Shown here piece after piece: positions 1-6,342 of a DNA stretch of 10,827 nucleotides. Position 1 is the first letter of the stretch. Every line of letters starts with the position of its first letter. The stretch is from Nitrososphaerota archaeon. Lineage in GTDB: Archaea > Thermoproteota > Nitrososphaeria > Nitrososphaerales > UBA57. A program made the position numbers and the translations under genes. The DNA is taken from positions 1-10,827 of the forward strand of contig JACAFS010000034.1 of assembly GCA_013378385.1 (NCBI GenBank). Reading direction: 5' to 3'. The notes under the pieces were generated by a model. It saw only the letters and a list, made by a program, of their open reading frames with translations, was not told the origin of the DNA and made no database searches.

Positions 1-307
1 CAAGCCTTGTGGCTACAACGACCCAGGATATTGCTCCCATTAGAGCGGCAAGAATTAAATATTCAGTAACAATTTCGGGATTAATAATTCCCTTTCCAAT
101 GGTATTAGCTACTGCTACCCCAAAACCAAATGCTGCTGCAAAATTCCAAAAAGCAGCCCACAATACAGCATGAAATGGCTTCAATACCTTTGTAGAAACG
201 ATGGTGGCAACAGAATTTGCTGCATCATTCATTCCATTCCAAAAGTCAAAAATAAGTGCTACAACTACTATACCAGAAATAAGGAAAAAAAAGCTATCGT
301 AAATCAA
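1..307 (-). CDS. pitA: Inorganic phosphate transporter, PiT/PHO4 family (N-terminal part only; the gene runs off the left edge)
   Basis: Absent from the ORF track because the window edge truncates it. Minus-strand translation from TTG (307-305) gives (M)IYDSFFFLISGIVVVALIFDFWNGMNDAANSVATIVSTKVLKPFHAVLWAAFWNFAAAFGFGVAVANTIGKGIINPEIVTEYLILAALMGAISWVVVATRL. This contains the PiT signature FDFxNGxNDAANSxAT and hydrophobic TM helices. An in-frame TAA lies at 331-329, and TTG at 307 is the only canonical start before the conserved motif. The gene begins 7 nt after the stop (317-315) of the DUF47 gene, which is the classic DUF47-Pit pairing. Confidence 0.85.
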   Translation of the reverse strand, partial: MIYDSFFFLISGIVVVALIFDFWNGMNDAANSVATIVSTKVLKPFHAVLWAAFWNFAAAFGFGVAVANTIGKGIINPEIVTEYLILAALMGAISWVVVATRL

Positions 308-314
308 AACTAGA

Positions 315-938
315 TCACGAATATTTAGTTACAATATCTCGTAGAACGTCAGCTACATCTTCACAATAATCAACACTTTTTTCTAATTTTTCTAATATTT
401 CTTTGTGTTTAAGAAGTTCTTTAACATCGTCTATTTGAAAGATTTCAGAAAGGGTTACATCATGTAGATTGTCAGCTTGGTTTTCGTATGTATGAACATT
501 TATCACATGTTTTTCAATGGTTTTGCGATCCATAACTCGAATTAATTTAAGAGCGTTGTCTATTTCAGAAACAGATTTTTCAACTATAACAGGAAATGAA
601 GTCATGTATTCAAGTTTGTCTACAGGACGCATTAAATGCATTCGATTAGTAACATCCCAGATAGCGTCTAAAACATTATCATATAATATTGTAAGTTTAG
701 AAATATCTTCTCGATCTATCGGTGTAATAAAGGACTTGTCAAGCATAGTATAGATCTCATGTACAATTCTATCTCCTTCATGCTCCAAGTCTTCAATTGT
801 ACTTAACTTATTAGAATTATCAAATACGCTACTTAATTCAATGGATGCTATTCTAACTTTACTAGAGAGTTCTTCAAGTAAATCAAAAAATTTTGTTTCC
901 TGTGGAATTAATATATCCTTAATGCCCATTCTTTTCAA
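315..938 (-). CDS. PhoU-like phosphate transport regulator, DUF47/COG1392 family (Pit accessory protein)
   Basis: 207-aa acidic, all-helical ORF (KFFDLLEE... N-terminus, ...DYCEDVADVLRDIV C-terminus) typical of PhoU-divergent DUF47 proteins. It lies directly upstream of the PiT gene on the same strand. The track start at 938 is a TTG. The ATG at 929 (MGIKDIL...) is better spaced from the TATA-like CATATATG at 953-960, so the true start may be 929. Confidence 0.8.
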   Translation of the reverse strand: MKRMGIKDILIPQETKFFDLLEELSSKVRIASIELSSVFDNSNKLSTIEDLEHEGDRIVHEIYTMLDKSFITPIDREDISKLTILYDNVLDAIWDVTNRMHLMRPVDKLEYMTSFPVIVEKSVSEIDNALKLIRVMDRKTIEKHVINVHTYENQADNLHDVTLSEIFQIDDVKELLKHKEILEKLEKSVDYCEDVADVLRDIVTKYS

Positions 939-952
939 TTAAAAATAAATAA

Positions 953-960
953 CATATATG
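953..960 (-). promoter_or_regulatory. TATA-like box for the DUF47-pit operon
   Basis: Palindromic CATATATG spans about -24 to -31 relative to the ATG at 929. The same spacing is seen at other genes in this window, consistent with leaderless or short-leader archaeal transcripts. Confidence 0.4.
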
Positions 961-972
961 CTTATCACAAGG

Positions 973-990
973 GATATATAGATATATACT
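973..990 (+). promoter_or_regulatory. Tandem TATA-like boxes (GATATATA x2) for the AbrB-PhoU gene
   Basis: An exact 8-nt direct repeat GATATATA occurs at 973-980 and 981-988. The second copy spans about -25 to -32 relative to the ATG at 1013. Confidence 0.45.
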
Positions 991-1012
991 ATAACCATAT
1001 GGTAAAATATAG

Positions 1013-2065
1013 ATGTTTAAGCGTAAAAATGTAGAAAATCACTCTGAAATGAGAAAAATACAATATTCCGGAAAATCATCGTTTACTCTTGCACTGCCAA
1101 AAAAATGGGTTATAAATCAAAAATTAAAGGCTGGAGATCAGTTATCTGTAACCACAGACGGTACAAATAATTTAATATTATCTTCTGAAAAGAAAAAAAC
1201 TTATGTCAAAAAGCAAACAAACATTCTACTCGATGAAACGAGTGAAAAAGGACATATAGAACGAAAGATTATTGCGACGTATATTTCGGGATACAATCAG
1301 ATTCACATACGAAGTAAGCATAAAAGAATGACGCCGCAACAAAGATCAATCATAAAGAAGTTAGTGCGCGATAAGCTAGTTGGGACAGAGATAATAGAGG
1401 ACTCGAACTTGATTATTTCTATACAAGTAATTCTAGATCCGTCAGAGCTTAATATTGAGAATACGTTAAGAAGAATGTCTGTCATCACACAAGGAATGCA
1501 CGGTGACATAATTTATGCAATAAAGAAACACGATATTGAAATGTGCAAGGAGATTATTAGAACAGACGATGACGTAGATAGATTTGGTCTTTATGTAATA
1601 CGACAATTACGATTTTCTTTAGAGAATGATAACTCATTAGAGTTAGCAAATTCGGTTGATAAAATCTACTGTCTAGGTTATAGGATGATAGCGAAGAGTT
1701 TAGAAAGGATTGCAGATCACGCGAGTTTAATGGGACAGCAATTAATGAGTTTGAATAAACCATTGCCAAAATCCATAGTAGTTCAATTGGATGAATTTTC
1801 TGAGTTTTCAAGAGGGAATTTAGAAAAGTCCATGAGAGCGTTATTGAATAAAGACTACAAGCTTGCCGACAAAGTTGTTACTACTTGTTTGGAAGCTCCA
1901 AAGAAGGAGCTAAAGATTTTGAACTCAGATTTCAAGATGACTAAGGATCAAGATGCATGTGTAGTCTCTATATTGGAGCATATTAGGCGTGTGTCGGATT
2001 ATTCGGCGGACATTGGCGAAGTGGTATTAAATCTGACAATCGATGAGAACTTGAAAAAGCAGTAG
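1013..2065 (+). CDS. phoU: Phosphate uptake regulator, N-terminal SpoVT/AbrB DNA-binding domain fused to a tandem PhoU domain
   Basis: 350-aa ORF. The N-terminus RKIQYSGKSSFTLALPKKWVINQKLKAGDQLSVTTDGTNNLIL is a swapped-hairpin AbrB-type motif. The remaining roughly 220 aa are helical with PhoU-like repeats (e.g. ERIADHA..., RRVSDYSADIGE). This architecture is common in archaea. The gene is divergent from the DUF47-pit operon. Confidence 0.85.
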   Translation: MFKRKNVENHSEMRKIQYSGKSSFTLALPKKWVINQKLKAGDQLSVTTDGTNNLILSSEKKKTYVKKQTNILLDETSEKGHIERKIIATYISGYNQIHIRSKHKRMTPQQRSIIKKLVRDKLVGTEIIEDSNLIISIQVILDPSELNIENTLRRMSVITQGMHGDIIYAIKKHDIEMCKEIIRTDDDVDRFGLYVIRQLRFSLENDNSLELANSVDKIYCLGYRMIAKSLERIADHASLMGQQLMSLNKPLPKSIVVQLDEFSEFSRGNLEKSMRALLNKDYKLADKVVTTCLEAPKKELKILNSDFKMTKDQDACVVSILEHIRRVSDYSADIGEVVLNLTIDENLKKQ

Positions 2066-2075
2066 AATTATTTTT
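2054..2075. terminator. Candidate bidirectional oligo-T terminators between convergent genes
   Basis: The convergent stops lie only 2 nt apart (2065 and 2068). A T5 run on the + strand at 2071-2075 follows the phoU stop. An A5 run at 2054-2058 (T5 on the minus strand) follows the arsC stop. Archaeal termination typically uses oligo-T tracts. Confidence 0.3.
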
Positions 2076-2490
2076 CTGATTTGGAGAGTTCCTGAAGCAA
2101 AATATCGACTTTTTCTTTAATTACATCCCTGACTTCTCTGAATTTTTCAATGGGATGAGAAACAGGGTCTTCTATCATCCAATCTTGCGTTTTTGGGATA
2201 AAAGTAACTGGGCAAAAATCTGATGCCATGCACCCCATGCTGATAATTACATCTGCTTCAGACATCATTTCATCGGAAAGAATCTTTGGGTCGGAATGAT
2301 GATCTATATTTAATTCCTTCAAGACTTCCAACGCAGAAGGGTTTACATCGTCTGCTGGAACGGTACCTGCGCTAGCAGCGGTTGCATCGACTGCATAGTT
2401 AGATGCAAGTTCGTTAAACAGAGCCTCGGCCATCTGGCTACGGCATGAATTTGCAATGCAAACAAACAGTACATTAATTTTCTTTTTCAT
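2068..2490 (-). CDS. arsC: Arsenate reductase, thioredoxin-coupled ArsC / low-molecular-weight phosphotyrosine phosphatase family
   Basis: 140 aa. The P-loop is CX5R at the N-terminus (VLFVCIANSCRSQMAE: C11...R17). A second Cys pair follows a hydrophobic strand (IISMGCMASDFCPV: C87, C93), as in the pI258/Bacillus ArsC C82/C89 relay. The DP motif and FREVRD helix (IEDPVSHPIEKFREVRDVI) are present. Confidence 0.75.
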   Translation of the reverse strand: MKKKINVLFVCIANSCRSQMAEALFNELASNYAVDATAASAGTVPADDVNPSALEVLKELNIDHHSDPKILSDEMMSEADVIISMGCMASDFCPVTFIPKTQDWMIEDPVSHPIEKFREVRDVIKEKVDILLQELSKSEK

Positions 2491-2530
2491 TCCTTGAGGA
2501 TTACAAATCAGTACTAATAGAAATATATTG

Positions 2531-3154
2531 TTATATTTGTGAGAGTTTTGACCTTATGAAACCAATTGCTACGAATGCTCCAGCCGTACTCATCAAGATG
2601 TTTTTTGAAAGAGAGAATACCCAGATTCCAACTACTCCAATATCAGATGTAAGAACTGAGATCTCGCTAAATGAAAAGCCTATAGCGAATAGACCGGCAG
2701 TAACGATTGCGGATTCTGCAGCTCCACTTAACATGGAACCAATCACTATCATTTTGTTAGAGATTGCATTTTTTGCATAATCTCCGCGTCGTAACCAGAA
2801 TTCATAGACTAGACCTGCGCCAATGGAACCTGGAAGGTAAAGATAGGAAGCAGGGGCAGGAACCATGAGCAGTAGTAATCCACTGACTATACTGAAGACT
2901 AATGGTCCGTTCTGTGTTCTCAGTTGGGAAGCAATAAGAACCATACAGAATGCACGGAAGAAATGTGCGCCTGAACCTCTCAACAAAGGACCAATTGTTG
3001 CAGAAACAACATAAGATAAGACAAAATATACAGCTGTAAACATTGTAGCGTATGCAATGAGTTTGACTCGTGAAGTTTTTAGACTAGTGGCATTAGAAAA
3101 TAATTCCATAACAAAACTATTCAATATTGTATTCAAACAATCACCATGATTCAA
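2531..3154 (-). CDS. Uncharacterised polytopic membrane protein (about 6 TM; loosely resembles an ECF-transporter S component)
   Basis: The ORF has six hydrophobic segments (e.g. VKLIAYATMFTAVYFVLSYV, GPLVFSIVSGLLLLMV, MIVIGSMLSGAAESAIVTAGLFAIGF). I recognise no diagnostic motif. The track start at 3154 is TTG, and the first ATG is at 3109 (MELFSNATS...). No TATA-like box lies at the usual spacing for either start, so the gene is probably co-transcribed with FTR1, 40 nt upstream. Confidence 0.6.
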   Translation of the reverse strand: MNHGDCLNTILNSFVMELFSNATSLKTSRVKLIAYATMFTAVYFVLSYVVSATIGPLLRGSGAHFFRAFCMVLIASQLRTQNGPLVFSIVSGLLLLMVPAPASYLYLPGSIGAGLVYEFWLRRGDYAKNAISNKMIVIGSMLSGAAESAIVTAGLFAIGFSFSEISVLTSDIGVVGIWVFSLSKNILMSTAGAFVAIGFIRSKLSQI

Positions 3155-3194
3155 TCTAGATAATAAAGAATTTTCGGATTTTCAAAATTGATTA

Positions 3195-4076
3195 TCAATA
3201 ACTTGCAAACGTTTTACGGTAGAAACGTCCTGCCCACGCCCAATAGCTAAGATATCCTATAACACGAATCCATTCAGGATTGCCATCATAACCAAGTAGG
3301 GCCTTGAACCAAACGCCTATCGCTCCCTTTTCATGAAGAGGATGTGATTTTTCAGCTGGATTAATGTCCCAGGCATAAGAGAACAAGAAGTTTGTTGGTT
3401 CTCCGTCGGCGTCATAACCAACTCCAGCGTATTCAGCTGCTTCGACTAATTCATGTAGTCCGTAGCCAAATAGACCTGCTGCAAATACTATTAATATTAA
3501 ACTGGTATATTTGAAGAATTTTCCAATATCCAAATTGTAAATTTGTCTTTTAGCTGCAAGTGATAGAACTAATGCAACAACAACTGCAAGAATTGAACCA
3601 ATTATTGTACTACCGATATCGATTGAAAGTAATGGAGCAAGGAAAAGAACTGTCTCTAGTCCTTCTCTGGCCACTGCAACGAATGCGAGGAACACTAAAG
3701 AGTTTGCGGATTGTGAAGTAATGGCAAAGTCCATCTTGGATTCAAGTTCGCCCTTCATTGAACCAGCGTGTTTAGCCATCCAGATAATAACATAAGATAA
3801 TACGAGTGTAGCAGAAATAGAAGCGACTCCTTCGAACATTTTCTCCCAGAATCCCGCTAATTCACCTAGAAGTATTATAATTCCTCCACCTAAAACTAGG
3901 CTCAGTGCTATCGCACCGATAGTACCATAAGCTAGATATTTTTGATATTCTTTATTGTTGGTTTTATCCAAATAAGCCCACATGATACCAACAATCAACG
4001 CAGCCTCAATTGACTCACGGAGTACGACTAGGAATGGCGCTACAAGCGCAGATCCGATTGATATTCCGTCTGTCAT
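3195..4076 (-). CDS. High-affinity iron permease, FTR1/EfeU family
   Basis: 293 aa, about 7 TM. Both hallmark RExxE motifs lie in TM helices: LRESIEAALIVG (res 19-30) and VAREGLETVLFLAP (res 135-148). The conserved C-terminal region LLGYDGNPEWIRVIGYLSYW resembles bacterial EfeU. Confidence 0.9.
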   Translation of the reverse strand: MTDGISIGSALVAPFLVVLRESIEAALIVGIMWAYLDKTNNKEYQKYLAYGTIGAIALSLVLGGGIIILLGELAGFWEKMFEGVASISATLVLSYVIIWMAKHAGSMKGELESKMDFAITSQSANSLVFLAFVAVAREGLETVLFLAPLLSIDIGSTIIGSILAVVVALVLSLAAKRQIYNLDIGKFFKYTSLILIVFAAGLFGYGLHELVEAAEYAGVGYDADGEPTNFLFSYAWDINPAEKSHPLHEKGAIGVWFKALLGYDGNPEWIRVIGYLSYWAWAGRFYRKTFASY

Positions 4077-4097
4077 ACAGCAAGTTAATAACGGACG

Positions 4098-4105
4098 TTA
4101 TATAA
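4098..4105 (-). promoter_or_regulatory. TATA box of the FTR1 operon
   Basis: Palindromic TTATATAA spans -22 to -29 relative to the FTR1 ATG (4076). Confidence 0.5.
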
Positions 4106-4155
4106 GGTTCACGATGTAAATAAAAATATGTTAACAGCGTGAATTAACAACAAAT

Positions 4156-4164
4156 CTATATATC
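4156..4164 (+). promoter_or_regulatory. TATA box of the HTH/erythrin-like regulator gene
   Basis: CTATATATC spans -23 to -31 relative to the ATG at 4187. Confidence 0.5.
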
Positions 4165-4186
4165 GTAAATCAACAATAACTAGTCT

Positions 4187-4915
4187 ATGCAAAAAATGAA
4201 AAATGTTGAACAGATTCTACCTGCAGTTAGATCGTTGTTGGCAAAGGAATTAATCCAGAGTCATAATGTAACAAAGGCAGACGTTTCAAAGATATTGGGA
4301 ATATCTCCTGCTGCGGTAACGCAATACACAACAAACAAGAGGGGAAATTACGCTGATGAACTTGGAAAGAACCGCGAGGTTAGACCCGTAATCGCAAGTC
4401 TTGCTGAGCATTTTTCAAACAAGAAGAAGAAAGAAGGAGAAATGAGGAGGAACATGACGATTATTGAGACTTCGGAAAATATACTTGCCATTATTAACAA
4501 TCAAGGAATCAAGGATAAAGAAAAAAAGATGGATCCTAATACTAGGATTCTGCAGGACAGAGTTGAAGCTGAACTTCATGAGGCAAGAACGAGTTTGAGT
4601 ATGGCAAATAAGATAGAAGACGGTTTTGGAAAACTGCTCTTCAAAGGAATTGCGTCAGACAGTATCCGACATGCAGAGATAGTTTCTCAGGTAATCAGAG
4701 ATCAAGAGACAGTTGGCAGTTTCAGATTAGATAAACAATCAAAGAGATATCTAAAACAGATGATTCAAGAGGAAGAGAATGCCAGTGAACAGTTGATGGT
4801 TAAATTAGTTAAGACAAAACATCCAGCGGTCCGTGCTTTGCTGCAGTCAATCGACCAAGATGAGATGAAGCACAAAAAGATGCTGAGATCTCTCAAAAAG
4901 TATCTAGAAGCCTGA
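4187..4915 (+). CDS. Putative transcriptional regulator: N-terminal helix-turn-helix (COG2522-like) fused to a C-terminal rubrerythrin/ferritin-like four-helix domain
   Basis: 242 aa. The HTH is VTKADVSKILGISPAAVTQYTTNKRG (res 28-53). A Lys-rich linker follows. The C-terminal roughly 125 aa consist of four predicted helices with erythrin-type ligand patterns: VEAELHE (res 126-132), DSIRHAE (158-164, degenerate), QEEENASE (194-201) and DEMKH (225-229, canonical ExxH). Confidence 0.65.
   Translation: MQKMKNVEQILPAVRSLLAKELIQSHNVTKADVSKILGISPAAVTQYTTNKRGNYADELGKNREVRPVIASLAEHFSNKKKKEGEMRRNMTIIETSENILAIINNQGIKDKEKKMDPNTRILQDRVEAELHEARTSLSMANKIEDGFGKLLFKGIASDSIRHAEIVSQVIRDQETVGSFRLDKQSKRYLKQMIQEEENASEQLMVKLVKTKHPAVRALLQSIDQDEMKHKKMLRSLKKYLEA
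4874..4899 (-). terminator. Candidate terminator of the propeller operon, embedded in the 3' end of the convergent regulator gene
   Basis: On the minus strand, just after the TAG stop (4906-4904), there is a T5 run (4899-4895), then the 10-nt palindrome TGAGATCTCA (4884-4893), then a second T5 run (4878-4874). Confidence 0.35.
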
Positions 4916-6328
4916 CTTTCTTAGCATAATAATAGCTGACAATACGCACAATGATGTTCCTATTAGAAATATAGGATCAGTAAGTCCAGTAGAGATTTCC
5001 ACCTCTACAAAGGAACCAGTGTAATAACTCAGATCCATAGTTGCAGCCCCGATTGTCAGGTGTGTTATGCCTGTAGGAAGGTTCCTGGCCGCTTGTACAG
5101 AATAGGATACGATTGTTTTGGCTGAAGGGTCGCTGTGTGATGGGGTAAATTCAACAGTTATTCCATCAAGAATACCTGTCACACGTTCGTTTCCACGTGC
5201 AAGGAAGAAGACGTCAATTTCGGAAAACAAGTTAAACTGTGTTGTTGTGGATTGGGGCCTGCTAACAACGATTCTGTTTGAGTCGAAAATGATATTTGTC
5301 GGTTCGGGAATTTGTGAATTGAAGAATCCAATTTTGTTCTCGTTTCTTTCTACGAACCATATGTTTCCGTTAGAGTCTGAGGTCAAGGTTTGTGTGAATG
5401 TATTGTCGGTCGGAATCTTGAACTCGGATATTGAATTTGTTTGAGGGGATATTTTGATTAATCGATCTGCTCGGAATTGCGTTGTCCATATGTTGCCGGC
5501 GTTGTCACTGATTATCTGGTATGTTCCTGCAGTAAGTGTTCCTGTTGCATACTCCGTAATTTCATTTGTATTTGGATTAAGTTTTCCGATGAGGCTTGTT
5601 CTGAATTGGCTGTACCAGATATTACCGTCGTTGTCAATTGCAAGTCCAATTGGATTCACGGTTTCACTTCCGACTCCGTCACTTGGAAGAATAAATTGCG
5701 TAAATTCGTGTGTATAAGTGTCAAATTTTGTCAGAATTCCAGGGCCGGATTCAACAAGCCATATGTTTCCGTCTTTATCAAATTCAAAATAGCTTGGACT
5801 GGAGATGTTTGACGGAATCCTGTATTCGGTCAGAGAATTTACATCATTTATCTGCACACTTGTAAGAAAACTGCGTCCGAATTCCGTGAACCATAATGTA
5901 CCTTCGTTATCGAACTTCAAATCCCAAGGCAATGAATCATCTTCGAGTTGAAGAAATTCGTTGAATTCGCCTGTTTCTGGATCCAGAGTCCTTATCTTAT
6001 TCTCTGTAGCATCAGTGAACCAAATCATTCCATCAGGGCCTACCGTTATCCCCCACATCTGAAGTGTTTCTTGATAGAAATAACGCTCTTCAGGTGGATA
6101 GAGATGATAGGTAGTAAAATTCGAGGTTTCTGTGTCAAAATGCACGATTGAGGGATTTAGACGCTGAGTAAACCATATGTCTTTATTGTGGGCAGTGATT
6201 GCATACGGATTGATGAAAGTTCCGTTTGTAGGAATATCAAATTCTGTTATTGGACTTTCTTGAGCAAAGATAGGTTCTACAAGGAAGAATAACAGAAAGA
6301 TGGTTGAGAGAAATATTATATTTTTCAT
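4904..6328 (-). CDS. Membrane-anchored extracytoplasmic 7-bladed beta-propeller, streptogramin lyase (Vgb, COG4257)-like, with a C-terminal beta-sandwich-like domain and TM anchor
   Basis: 474 aa. The signal peptide is MKNIIFLSTIFLLFFLVEPIFA|QE. Seven repeats of about 42 aa carry the motif D..GN(I/L)W(F/Y)T(E/Q)...(N)KIG. These are followed by about 100 aa rich in beta-formers, then the TM anchor IFLIGTSLCVLSAIIML and the tail RKSGF. The start lies 14 nt after the stop of the upstream gene and has no TATA of its own, so co-transcription is likely. Confidence 0.75.
   Translation of the reverse strand: MKNIIFLSTIFLLFFLVEPIFAQESPITEFDIPTNGTFINPYAITAHNKDIWFTQRLNPSIVHFDTETSNFTTYHLYPPEERYFYQETLQMWGITVGPDGMIWFTDATENKIRTLDPETGEFNEFLQLEDDSLPWDLKFDNEGTLWFTEFGRSFLTSVQINDVNSLTEYRIPSNISSPSYFEFDKDGNIWLVESGPGILTKFDTYTHEFTQFILPSDGVGSETVNPIGLAIDNDGNIWYSQFRTSLIGKLNPNTNEITEYATGTLTAGTYQIISDNAGNIWTTQFRADRLIKISPQTNSISEFKIPTDNTFTQTLTSDSNGNIWFVERNENKIGFFNSQIPEPTNIIFDSNRIVVSRPQSTTTQFNLFSEIDVFFLARGNERVTGILDGITVEFTPSHSDPSAKTIVSYSVQAARNLPTGITHLTIGAATMDLSYYTGSFVEVEISTGLTDPIFLIGTSLCVLSAIIMLRKSGF
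5315..6250 (-). repeat. Seven tandem protein-level blade repeats (Vgb/NHL-like)
   Basis: The blade cores are NKDIWFTQ, DGMIWFTD, EGTLWFTE, DGNIWLVE, DGNIWYSQ, AGNIWTTQ and NGNIWFVE, spaced about 40-45 residues apart. The repeats are diverged at the DNA level. Confidence 0.7.
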
Positions 6329-6342
6329 GCAAGTTTTCTCAT

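Noticed and set aside
945-952. TAAATAAC in the pit/phoU intergenic region as a third copy of the GTTATTAA/TTAATAAC box.
   Set aside because: It has one mismatch, sits at a different spacing, and belongs to a functionally unrelated promoter. It mainly illustrates how easily such AT-rich words recur, so I use it as a caveat rather than as evidence.
5315-6250. Periodic signal of about 125 nt that could suggest a DNA repeat array or CRISPR.
   Set aside because: The periodicity is at the protein level (seven propeller blades). The DNA copies are diverged, there are no conserved direct repeats with unique spacers, and the region is one continuous ORF.
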